Positions 13,517-25,528 of a stretch of 64,000 bases of DNA are shown here, one piece after another. The stretch is taken from positions 4,588,001 to 4,652,000 of the forward strand of contig CATNEN010000002.1 in the NCBI GenBank assembly GCA_950097015.1, read 5' to 3'. The notes beneath the pieces were generated by a model. That model saw only the letters and a program-made list of their open reading frames with translations, was not told the origin of the DNA and made no database searches. Made by a program: the position numbers and the translations under genes. The DNA is from Macrostomum hystrix (lineage: Eukaryota; Animalia; Platyhelminthes). Every line of letters begins with the position of its first letter. The stretch's first letter is position 1.

Positions 13517-16500
13517 TTAAGATGAAACTGAATTGGCGTTTCTGCCGCTGTAGGGCCACTGCTTCTGCAGCCGCAGCTGCTGCAGTCGCCTCTGCTGTCG
13601 TTGCCACAAGAGTAGTCGCCGACGCTGTTGCAACTGCCTGCCCTCACCTGCGCAGTTATTTACCCCAGGCTCACTAGAATTTCCAGCAGGAGCAAACCGC
13701 TCAAAGAAACTCGGAGATCGGTAGAGAATGCGCAGTCGGAAGCGGTACCAGATCGGCTGCTGGTTCACGCTGCCGACGCTGACCCATGCCTGATACGGAC
13801 CCGAGGCTGAAACATTGGCTCCCGCATACCATGTGTTTGTACCATCGATGGCCCACTCAATCATGTACTGTGCGACATGCCCTACGCCAACATCGACGGA
13901 GCTGTTGAATGGTCGGAAAGCAACCAGGAAGCTGACGCATCCCGAGTGGAGAATCCACGGCGGAGTTGTGACGACCGGCAGGCGAACGCTGCAGCTGCTC
14001 TCGGCCCACTCGGGCTGACACCCGCTCTGGCAGTTGCCGTTCTTTCTGTCGCATGTCTCGGTCGCGTTGGCGCAGTGGCACTGCTCGGAGCAGTTGAAGG
14101 AGAATCGATTGGGCTCGCACTCTTTGTTGCACAGCGGGAAGTTCTCAAAGCCCTTCTGGCACTTCACTGTGCAGCCTCCGGTTGATGAGGCAACGCAGTT
14201 TCTCGTGGAGTCGCAGTGTTGTGCGCAGCTCAAGCTGCAGCTCGGTCCAAAGTTCGCACCGGTACAGTTGAAGGCTGCAGGATTTCGAGGGTCACCAACT
14301 TTAGATTCTGATATTTAGTCTGCAGGGTCTGAGCTCCCAAACTGCTAATTTGAGATGTTAGTTAGAATCTAATTTGTTTGTTAGAATGCAATCGTTATCA
14401 TTGTCAATCAGTTTCTGGAAGTTTAAAGAATGGACGGATATTTACTGATCCTTTGTTGAAAGCACATCTTAAATTAACGAATGCACACAAATTCAGGGGT
14501 CACAGTGTTCTTCTAAAGTTCCTCTGTATTAAAACTACACTGGCCAGGACCTCTAACATTTACGCAATCTAACAATGTAACAATGTTAATGCAAGTACGA
14601 ATGAGGTTTCATCGTACTCATCGGAGGTTTCGTCGTTGTCGGAGCTGCGCTCGTTGTAGTTCCAGGAGTCGTTTCTGAAAAATTGCAAAAATAATGCTGC
14701 AAAGCAAGTGCATTTTAAAGTTGTCTTGAGTAGTATGAATTAGAATCTATTTTTCATCCGTTTTACAACCAAGTGAAGGGGATTCCACACGTAAAGTATT
14801 TTTGCTGCGCCTGAAAGGCGCAACGGTCCGTTGCCCGACGGTATCGATGCCCGACGGTATCGATGCCCGCGGTATCGATGGCCTGGATGGCAGTTATCTT
14901 TCGAATATACGAGCGTATACTTTCTTATTGTTGTGAACACTGACGATAGATTCTAGGAAAGTATAAAGTCAAAACACTTCGCTTTTCAAGAAAAAGACAA
15001 CCAGGGCCCTTGCCCAAACTTGGCATCCATGTCAAGTGTCACTAAAGACGTTCTGAGTATGAGCCGCGAGGGCCCTAATTACTCTTCTCCTGCTTGTGAC
15101 TGTTGCAGGTTTGGGAGACTTGCAGCGCCGAGCCCCTATGCCGTTTTCCTGAGCTAGTCTGGGTTCTGGCACCTGTCTCCTATCTGAAACGCTGTTTTGT
15201 AGTCCTGGACTGTGCGCGATTCTGACTAAAGAGTGCTTTGAGCTGCTCCTCAAAATCGTCGTACTTTAAGTCATCGTCTAACTCGCGATTGGCTACTGCC
15301 TTGAAAGCTGTACCCACTTTCAGCACTGAGCGAGTTCTACTTCTGCTGAAACTCAGTTATCTAAGCGGCCTCGCAGTAAACATCCAACTGCTGCCTCTAC
15401 GTTGCAAATTCTTGAGTTGGTAAGGATTATTTTAGGCGTGAGACGAGCTTGTCTTGCACATTCAGTTGGTTCTGGTTCTTGCCGTCAGGACAGTGATCAG
15501 ATCGTCTCTCGTCAGCTGCAGACAACGGAACACAAGCTATAAGCACGGCGACAACACCTAGTTGAAATCCCGGTCACGGCACCAATTGCCGCGATCGCAA
15601 AATGCAAATACCGTCTATACAGCTGACTTATTAAATAGAAGCTGCGATTCCCAGCTTCCCTAGTCAAGACACCCGACTGGTTCCCCATAAAGACGGGAAT
15701 AGCAGATTCAAGATCGAAAAAAGCGACTTTTTACACGATGCCGTGTGATCCCATACAAATGATCCCGTTTGCGTGTTTTATAGGGTTCCTCTTTGAGTAG
15801 CCTGCTATAGAATCGCTGGACTGTCAAAGGTCGAACTATCATAACCCAAGCATATTTCAGATACTATACGTCCACGTCTCGGGAAGCTAGACTGATAATT
15901 AATCATCATAATCGATAAATTTGAGCCTCACCAACGCAGTTCACTTGGCCAGGCTCACTAGAATTTCCAGCAGGAGCAAACCGCTCAAAGAAACTCGGAG
16001 ATCGGTAGAGAATGCGCAGTCGGAAGCGGTGCCGCAGTGTTTGGTTTGCGCTGCCGAAGCTGATTCGAGCTTGATACGGACCCGGGGCTGAAGCATTGGC
16101 TCCCGCATACCATGTGTTTGTACCATCGATGGCCCACTCAATCATGTACTGTGCGACATGCCCTACGCCAATATCGACGGATCTGTTGAATGGTCGGAAA
16201 GCTACCAGGAAGCTGCTGCAATCCGAATTGAGAATCCACGGCGGGGTTGTGACGACCGGCAGGCGAACGCTGCAGCTGCTCTCGGCCCACTCGGGCTGAC
16301 ACCCGCTCTGGCAGTTGCCGTTCTTTCTGTCGCACGTCTCGGTCGCGTTGGCGCAGTGGCACTGCTCGGAGCAGTTGAAGGAGAATCGATTGGGCTCGCA
16401 CTCTTTGTTGCACAGCGGGAAGTTCTCAAAGCCCTTCTGGCACTTCACTGTGCAGCCTCCGGTTGATGAGGCAACGCAGTTTCTCGTGGAGTCGCAGTGT

Positions 16501-16910
16501 TGTGCGCAGCTCAAGCTGCAGCTCGGTCCAAAGTTCGCACCGGTACAGTTGAAGGCTGCAGGATTTCGAGGGTCAATGAAGAACCATCTTATTAATTTGC
16601 ATCTGAGCTACTGCGCATGCGGAGCATTATATATGGTAAATATCAATATAAGCAAGATCTTCAGAAGTACTGGTTCATGTAATAATTTACGGAGGTGTCG
16701 AATAGCAAGGTTTTAAATGCTTTAAGAGGTTATTAAAGCTAAAGAAGTCATCGGAGATGCTGGAAGCTTAGCTTAGAGGTATAGATACTCAAATATTCAC
16801 AAATCACAAGCCTTCGCCGCGTATTCACCTTGAGCTAGACCACCTGGCAGAGCCACCAGGCAGAGCAGCGCGCAGCTCGCTGCTAATTTTGAAAGCGTCC
16901 CAGTCCTCAT
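13517..16910 (-). CDS. Putative secreted EGF-like/FN3 protein with two modules; ectodomain-only paralogue of the adjacent receptor PTP
   Basis: Signal-peptide exon 16910-16829 (MRTGTLSKLAASCALLCLVALPGGLAQ), module exon 16555-15932, Thr-rich microexon 14674-14618 (TTPGTTTSAAPTTTKPPM), module exon 14274-13648; all phase 1. The 3' end is uncertain: read-through to the stop at 13517 or an unseen exon. No TM exon found before TOMM40. Confidence 0.72.
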
Positions 16911-18185
16911 GCAAACGTCTATCCAACTATTATCTTTTTTTCGGTGCCCGCGACTGATAGATTCTTTGAGCACACGAGCCAGAAATGGCGCCAGAGAGAA
17001 TTTCTAGCTCCAATTACGAACGAAATCTTGACTTTTATTAGCTTTTACGTCTTTGCATGCAATCGTCTTATCAAGGCAATTTTGCTTTAAATGGTAAAAT
17101 TGGAGACGGAACGGACAGAGATTCAAAGAAAATATTTAAGAGGCCCTGTCCGGCTCGTCTCAGCCGCATACAAAATTGTAGCCCAAAAGTCATATTTTAT
17201 CAAAAAAGTACAATGTCAGCTGTACGCACATGAAGTACTAAAAGTTACAAAAATTCGTTAAAAATATATCTAACTGCCGCTATAAGTAGGCATATTTGCA
17301 AGCAAAAAAGATGACTGAGCATGGATATGACCGTATTGGTTTGTTTTTCAAAAGCCAGAAGTCATCTTGGGTCACCATGCTTGCCATCGTGATGTCTATC
17401 GTGACGATGCCCTGTCGAGTAGCCAATGGCGGCAATATTGTACAGAGCAAGTTGAGAAGCGTGCCCTGTGTATCAAATAAATTGGAGTCTTCGCAGTGTT
17501 TACGGCACTAAGCGAGTCGAAAAGGACAGAGTCAAGTCCTTGAGGCCGACGGTCAAATATAAACCAAGAGGTAAGGAGGGGGCTGAAGGTTAAACGAAGG
17601 ATAAGGCTCGTTCACACTGCCATCAAATGGTTCGTCTTTTTGTGTTTTGGTTTAAACGAATGGCAATAAACATCTAGCTTGCACAATCGTGCTTTTAGTC
17701 TCGCTCGATGGAAGTGTGAACGAGAATTTAAGTCTTGAAAGTAGGGGACGAGGAAAGAGGAAAAGTACAGCAGATGAGGGCACGCGAGCGTAAACAACAC
17801 AAAAGAGAAAGAATAAGTAAGAGCTCTAACAAATTACAGTCAAGGACAACTCAAACTAGCGGGACGACACAATGTGACGATGTCTAAACGGGCACTCTTT
17901 GTAGTGTTGTCTTTGTCTAAAAATTCAGTAACGTGATAGAAAAGCCGCTTTTTCGAAGAAGTTAAATGTTTCTAACTTTAAATGTAACTAACTAAATGTA
18001 AAAAGCAAGTTTTTGCAAGTTTTGCACTGAATTTCATCCTCTTATGATTTATGAACTATAAATCAGCCAATTTTTTCCTAAAATGCGTCAGAGAATTTGA
18101 AATTACGAAATTATGCTTCCTCACTACAGATCAGATACCAGTTAAATTTGATGGGACGAAATTTCACATCATCGAATGACGCTCT

Positions 18186-18595
18186 TGTTTTGTTGTGTCA
18201 CAGCCAATCACAACTCGCCACGTGCGCTTGCACTCTAGGCGGCATGCAAGCCCCATTACACAACAACTCTTGTATTAACTTCTCCCTGGTTTCTCATTTC
18301 ACACGCCATCTTAATGTACTCTCTCCTCTCTCCCCCTGCCTGTTCAATTTATTTATTAGCCTTATCTTCTCTCTCGGCTCTGATTGGCTCTCACCTCGTC
18401 TCTCTTTCCTTCCCCTGCGTTTCATCTCTTACCTCTGGCCAGTCCGCGCACATGTTACCCTTCTAACCAACCCCCTTCCTTATCGCTCTGTTAAACTTAA
18501 ATATATTTTGACTCTCGGCCTGAATTGGCTCACTGCCGTATGAACGGGCTCTTACTGCGAGGACTCAATTTGGAGTTGCATAAGAAATCGTTACA
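18186..18595 (+). mobile_element. Possible solo-LTR-like insert (TG...CA) containing a spliced-leader-like sequence
   Basis: Starts TGTTTTG/TGTCAC and ends GTTACA. Flanks GCTCT/CCTCT are a 4/5 TSD-like match. Bracketed by a ~30-bp direct repeat (18157-18187, 18613-18642). TATA-like AAATATAT at ~18500. Confidence 0.35.
18535..18581 (+). ncRNA. Spliced-leader (SL)-like sequence; degenerate SL RNA copy or SL mimic
   Basis: GCCGTATGAACGGGCTCTTACTGCGAGGACTCAATTTGGAGTTGCAT resembles the Macrostomum SL exon as I recall it (CCGTAAAGACGGTCTCTTACTGCGAAGACTCAATTTATTGCATG). The terminal G and a following GT donor are missing, and no clear Sm site is visible. Confidence 0.55.
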
Positions 18596-19505
18596 CCTCT
18601 CTTTAATAAATTCGAAATTTCACATCGTCGAATGACACTCTTTCATGAGCTCGAGTTTTTACAAATCAAAATTTCATAAGCCTAACCCAACGCTGAAATT
18701 ACAAAGAAAATTATGAAGGAAAACATATTCAAATCGCAAATGCAAAAATGGAGGCTTTTTGCCAAGTTGCGAAATCGTAAAGACAGAAAATACAGTTTTT
18801 GTATGCATTGAAAGTGGCATGACTTACGAAGCCTCCTATCTCATCAGTGTAATTCGACGCTGTGAAATGTCGGCATTATGAAATTTCGGCCTTGTGAAGT
18901 ATTCTAGCAGTTTAAATTTTCAATGTTGTGAAATTTCGACGATGTAAAAGTTTGGGTTTGTAAAAACAACCCTACCGATAACCAACGTGACTTAGAAGCA
19001 AGCATTCTTTTGATGAGGGGAAATATTGTTTTATGTGGTCTAATCCCTCCACTGTCTTATCTAACCGCTATCTCCATCCTCCTCTCATCACCCAACAGCC
19101 AATTTGGCCCTGCTGTCGTCTTTAGGATAACCTTTGTAGCCCGCACGATTGCTGACCTCTGCTCTATACACCAATTCTTAGACATTAGTGTAGCCACGGA
19201 ACTCCTAACTCGTGACTAGTGCTGCTTAGTGACCTCGGACAATGCAAAGTACAAAGAAACGCATTCTGAATTTCAATTTGTATTTGGTTTCTTTGATTTT
19301 TGTCTCTAAAATACAAACAAGTTGAGCCGCTGTTAGAGTTAATCATAAGAAGACATAATATTACAGCAGAAAATGTTATTTGAATTTGTTCGAATAGTCC
19401 ATTTACAATTGCACAAGGGATTCATTAGGTTCCGCGCGGAAACATAGCAACAAATTCTTTACTATAATTGCTCAGTTTCAATCCAATGCTTCTTGCCTCC
19501 ACACC

Positions 19506-22500
19506 TCAAGGTGATTGTGGCGCTCTGGGGGCTACTGGGAGCTGGCAGAGGTCGAAGATGGAGCTCTCCAACTCATCGCCGCCGGATTCCATTGTCGACG
19601 TGAAACCGCGCCAAGCGGCATTGTTCGCTTCATCGTCGACGACAGATTTTTCGTGCTCCTTGGTCTGACGGCGTCGATGTCGCTTTCGCTGCTCAGAATC
19701 CTCCGGCAGAGGCTCGCGTCGATGCCAGCTTGCCAGGAGCTGCAGGCAGCGGAAGATCTGGCGGTATTCGCGAGCGTCCCTCACAATGCTAACCTGTCGT
19801 CGCTGATAACGTCGGACTGCTGAGCACACATCCGCGTAGCCGTCCTCGATCAGCTGCTTCCAGGCTTGAAGAGTAACGGCGAATAAACCGCAGCGCTGCG
19901 AATCCGGTTCAACTACTAGACACGGTGTCCTTGTAGATGTCACGGCAGCAACAGACCTTGCCAACCCGCCTATTAAGGCTTCTTCAGCGGTACTGTCATT
20001 GTTGCCAGGTCCTGCAGCGGCCCAGGATAAAACCAGAAGCTCAACCTGTCTGTCAGGTTCTGTTGCAGGTGTGTTAGTAGAGCGTTTTTGACGCGTTCGA
20101 ATGTTCAACAAGTGTCGCTTGCCATTGAAGTCTCCTGAATCTGCAGCCACGAGTGCACCGTCAGACATTGTCCTGCTGGCCAGAAAAATCTGAAAATTAG
20201 AAGAAGCATTGTAGGCTGCTTTAAGAGCTTTCTTCCCAGAGTAGTTTAACTCCTGTGTAAAGCATCGAACCTGCAGATCCAGCAGATCAAACAATGGTTT
20301 CTCGTCTTCAGTGTTGACTTCAGCTATTGATATCTCTGGGAAAATTGCAGTCGTCGTAACTGCAGCTCCGTCCAGAAAGACGACACTCTCAACGCGCCTT
20401 TGCAGAACGTCCAACCAGAAGGCGTTTCTCATTGATGCGACGGTAGCAGCGTCATTAGACCAAGTGTGCACTGCCGGTATCGCGGCGACGTGAACAGCAC
20501 CAACTTCCTGATAACTGTCAAAGGCAATTGCATTAAAAGCTGGCGTTTTTTTAAATAACGGGTCGTCCAATGCTGGTCCGAATCGCGTCAGTCGATCCAG
20601 TTGCTCCTTCAATGGTGTCGTGACTACAGGCGAAACACTATGATCGATGTTCGCCAGGAAGGCATCGATGGCGGCTGTGGAGGACACCAATGGGAAGCCG
20701 CGACGCAAGTGCGCTTCGAACAGAGTGTCGTACAGCAGTGCGTACTGTCGGGCGTTGGGCAGAGCGTTCGGTCGGCTGCGACGCAATTCTCGAACGCACT
20801 GAAAATCATTTGAAATTTCGGGATTCAAAGAAGAAAGTTAAAGACAAAAGTCTCACTTATCAATTCTGTCTTTAAGCAACTCATTAGCAACGTTAATACA
20901 CACCTTGTACACGCTGACTCCGCCGTTCTCCCGTGCCGCCTGCTGCAGCAGCCAGTCCAGGCAGATGAACACACAGGCAGAGCCAATTCCAGTGGGGCAG
21001 TGAACCAGCATTGGTCCATCCTCGATGCGAGCCGCGGCGCGCACTGCCGTGTACATTGCTACCAATCCCAGAGTATCATTGTGCGGACAGACCAGCTGGT
21101 AGTGAGTGACTCGCATGCCGTTGACCCGCAGTCGGTGCATAACGAACTCGTGTCGTGGCTGACGCTTCTCAAATTGAACGGATATGCGTCCGAAGTTTAG
21201 AATTTGTCCCGCAGATTCTGGCCAGTAGCGATATTTTAAATGTTTCTACCGGGTTTTTTGGAGGGTGTTGGTTGTTTACAGTTGGCTAAGAAAGAGAAAA
21301 GTCGTATCAAGTAAGCCAACGTACATTGTTCATTGATCACGCACGGACAAAATCTGTCAATAAGAAATATAAAAACGCATCGGGAACGCAACTAGGCCTG
21401 ACCTTTCGCTCAGTTGCGACAACCTGAGCGACGTTCTGCTCCAGCACAGCTCGCCATAGCAGCTCAGCCGAGGTCGCATCGTTTGGCGACTGTGCCACAA
21501 TGTAAGCGTCGCGTCTCACGTAGCCCTTGACAATTGAGGCATTGTAATAGACGTTCTCGTCGTCACTGAATGTAACTCGATTAGAGTCGTAGGGCAGGCC
21601 AAATGGGCTGACATTTTTCGCCGCGTTCTCCACTCGGCGTGCCACCGACAGTGACTTTTTCGGCTGGTAGCCACGCGGAATGAAGTCAAATTCAGCCTTT
21701 GCGAATGTAAAAAGGAAAAAAGTTTGCGTGATTTTCAGGAATTTTTTTCTAAAATACTCCGTTTCCGCTCCCCCGCACACAATGTCTGTGCCATATACTA
21801 GCATCAATATCAATCTCACCTTGAAAGTAATCGAATCCGTGGCTGCCCTAGATGCTGAAGTTTGTTTTAACTCAGCTATGGATTGGTCGCTGAAAACTGG
21901 CCATCGAGGCTGGTCTAATTCGCAAATTTTAGTCCACAATCTTGCCGATTTCGGTTCCGGAAAGTTCAAAATGGCTCTCATGGCAACCAGATCTAGCGGG
22001 TACTTTTTATCCGCATTGAAACGATGCGCTCGAAGCCTGTACAGGAGGATTGCTAAGCCAACGAATAATGCCAGGAAGAGGAGCACGAGAAGCACAATGA
22101 GCACGGTGTTGTCCTGCGTCTGAGGTGCGGCAGTCTGCGACCATGTTGTGCCCGACGATGTCTTAGCGGGGCTCGTCGTTGCCGCGTCCGTCGAACGTGT
22201 TGATTCTATCAAAATTATGCTAATCTTCCAGGTTAGATTTTGAGTCTTTTTAGGGAATCACATTCATACTCAAAACTTAAAACTGCAGGCATCCCTTAAC
22301 GTTTATTATGGTACCGTACAAAGCCTAAAACCCAGCAGATAGAGCAATTGACATCGACAACAAAAAGGTGTGGAGTTCAAATCCCAACATATTGGAAGCA
22401 GCCTCCATCCTGAGCAGTAGAGACACTTCGGTGGTATTTCAAATGCTTTAAGTTTTATTTTTTAAGTTTTTATAATGTTGTACCAAGCGACACTAAAATC

Positions 22501-25500
22501 CAGAACAAGGATTAAAATTTGCAGCTTTTTCTGGTGAAGCAACTTCCAGGATCACAAAACATCGTCATCGTCGAGACATTTGACGATTGTAATTGGGGTG
22601 TCTCGCGGCAATAACCACCATTTTGCCACCCGTTATTTTAGACCAAGAGGGGAAATCCTCCCTGACAATTATCTGTGCTGCATCCAAACGGGGCAAAGCA
22701 AGCACAACGAACTCAAGAACCCGGGTCAAACTTTTGCTGCGCACCTTCTGAAACGGTTAGATCAAGTCGTAAGCCCTTTAGACCGTCCAGATATTCAACG
22801 GTTCTGGCTGTAGGTCAGATTTTCCCATTGGAGCTACGGTATTTTATACTCTCCTATACACAAATTTGAACTGCGCTTCAGCGCGGCCTTGCCAGGCCTT
22901 CGAACTTTGTCAGCACATCACCCGAATGTGTCTGCATCATCTCCGACTTCTATCGTCACGCACCTTTATTTAGACGGAGCTGCTAGACCTTTAACAAATG
23001 GCACAACCCGAATATGGACACCGTGATGCAAATTTCTCCCATTTAGCTGATCAAGCCTCAATATCGGACGAAATCAACCACAGGACAACCACTTGTCACT
23101 ACCCTGACGCCGTCAGCACCGCCAGCCTCTATATTGGCCTAAAATCTACTATTACTTATTGAAGGTCTGCATAGGAGAGTATAAAATACAGTAGCTCCAA
23201 CGGGAAAAATCTGACCTTCAGCCAGAACCGTTGAATATCTGGACGGTCTAAAGGGCTTACGACTTGATCTAACCGTTTCAGAAGACGCGCAACAAAAGTT
23301 TGACCCGGGTTCTTGAGTTCGTTGTGCTTGCTTTGCCCCGTTTGGATGCAGCACAGATAATTGTCAGGGAGGATTTTAGCTCAACTGTTAATGAACGGAC
23401 TTTGTCACTGCAGATATCTCTGGATAGTCTGCAGAAACAAATGGCAGCAAATGTCACTCACCGAGGTCAGGTGTCGAGTCTGGGGTACTTTCCGTGGAGC
23501 TTGTGATCTGTATTGTCGTTCTGGTTTCTGAAGTCAGATTATTTCTACGTTGAAAAAAAAATAACAAAATTTAAATTGACAGTAATTACCTGTTGTTTCT
23601 GATGCTGTCTCAGTTGTAGAGTCCGGTATTATCGCTGTTAAATTAAATCAGCGGTTTTGGTAGGTGATGGTTCTCTTAAAATGATTAACTATGCAATGGT
23701 CAAAGTTCAGCTTTCTTGGTGACTTACTTGTCGAAGCCTCAGTTGAAGGGTGAGCTGCAGTTGAGCTCACAGTGCTTGTGCTAGTGGTAGTACTCGTGCC
23801 TTCAGTCGTTTCAGTCGTTGCCGTTGTTGTGTCTTAAAAAGGTTTAGATATGCATTGTTGTTTATGAACATTAAGTTTCATTTGACCCTGTTCTTAACAA
23901 GTTTTGAAGCAAATAAATGATCAATTTCATATCAATGAGGGTCCCACAGATTTCGCAATTTAGCAGTCGAACTACTAAGGAGGGGAGTTTTGAGCTGCAT
24001 CCGAACGGAGCAACGCAAGCACACGGGCCAACTTTTTGTTGCCAGAAATATGTCGTCAGTTTTTCATACACCTCTATACACGAATTTGCACTGCGCCTCA
24101 GTGCGGCCTTGCAAAGCCTTCAAAATTTATCAGCATGTCACCCGAATGTACCTGCCTCATCTCCATCTTCAGTGGTCGCCTACCTTTATCTAGACGGACT
24201 GCTGGACCTTCAAGGGATACAAAAGTTGGAACTCAGCCACTATGGACACCCTGTCGCGAATTTCTCTAATTTCACTGATCAAGCCTAAATATTAGGCGCA
24301 GCTCAACCACAGGACACCCTCACCAAGTCTGTCAACCAATCAGTCACCAGCCAACGCTGATAGCATTCAGGCGCTACCAAAAATTGCAACGGGGGATTTC
24401 CACCCCCTTGGTATAAAATTATAGGCGGCAAATGGCTTGGCAGTCCTACTATTAATTAACAACTTAGCGCATTCAAAGCAGCCATTGTGTTCCTCGGACG
24501 AATGATAAAAATGCGTCGAAAATTGGCCAACCGAAAGCTATTAACTAAGCTCGAGGAGTGACCTCTCGCAAACAACTTGCTCATACTTTCGCAGTTGAAT
24601 TCCGCAGGCTCGCTCAGGTTTCCTGCAGGTGCAAATCGTTCATAGAAAGTCGGAGATCGGTAGAGAATGCGCAGTCGGAAGCGGTGCCGCAGTGTTTGGT
24701 TTGCGCTGCCGAAGCTGATTCGAGCTTGATACGGACCCGGGGCTGAAACATTGGCTCCCGCATACCATGTGTTTTTACCATCGATTGCCCACTCAATCAT
24801 GTACTGTGCGACATGCCCTACGCCAATATCGACGGAGCTGTTGAATGGTCGGAAAGCTACCAGGAAGCTGCTGCAATCCGAATTGAGAATCCACGGCGGA
24901 GTTGAGACGACCGGCAGGCGAACGCTGCAGCTGCTCTCGGCCCACTCGGGCTGACACCCGCTCTGGCAGTTGCCGTTCTTTCTGTCGCACGTCTCTGTCG
25001 CGTTGGCGCAGTGGCACTGCTCGGAGCAGTTGAAGGAGAACCGATTGGGTTCGCACTCTTTGTTGCACAGCGGGAAGTTCTCAAAGCCCTTCTGGCAATT
25101 CACTGTGCAGCCTCCGGTTGATGTGGTGACGCAGTTGGTCTCGGAGTCGCAGTAGTCCGCACAGCTCAAGCTGCAGTTCGGTCCAAAGTTCGCACCGGGA
25201 CAGTTTAGCGCTGTAGGTTGCAAAATGTAAACGAGCAGCCACTTATGGTTTTTGCAGTTATTCGAGTTCTTTGAGAGTTCTGCTTTTGAGTCTTTCACCC
25301 CGAACTTCCGATTTATCTGTGAAGTACGAAAAATCCTCAGAAATTTTTTAAATATTCTAAATTATGATATTCTGATTTGCAAGTCCTAAGATTCTCATAT
25401 GTTCTTGGCTGGTTCTAAGCATATTCCACGCGTGTTTCGCACTCACTTTGTGTATGAACACCCGACAGAGCCGTCAGGCAGAGCAATACGCAGCTTGCTG

Positions 25501-25528
25501 CCACCACCAACGGCGTTCCAATCGCCAT
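19506..25528 (-). CDS. Receptor-type protein tyrosine phosphatase-like protein (signal peptide, EGF-like repeats, FN3, Ser/Thr stalk, TM, two degenerate PTP domains), about 1078 aa
   Basis: Phase-consistent exons 25528-25447, 25210-24587, 23832-23728, 23634-23590, 23527-23462, 22205-21820, 21696-21403, 21245-20904, 20798-19506. Signal peptide MAIGTPLVVAASCVLLCLTALSG. TM VLIVLLVLLFLALFVGLAILL. PTP motifs LPYDSNRV, YNASIVKGY, YIVAQSP, RYWP, GPMLVHCPTGIGS, CVRELRRSR..QYALLY. Confidence 0.88.
22653..23376. repeat. Intronic ~205-bp inverted repeat (arms 22653-22857 and 23171-23376); a diverged direct copy lies at ~23990-24320
   Basis: The arms are near-perfect reverse complements and give the twin ORFs MLHPNGAKQAQRTQEPGSNFCC on opposite strands. 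Confidence 0.88.
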
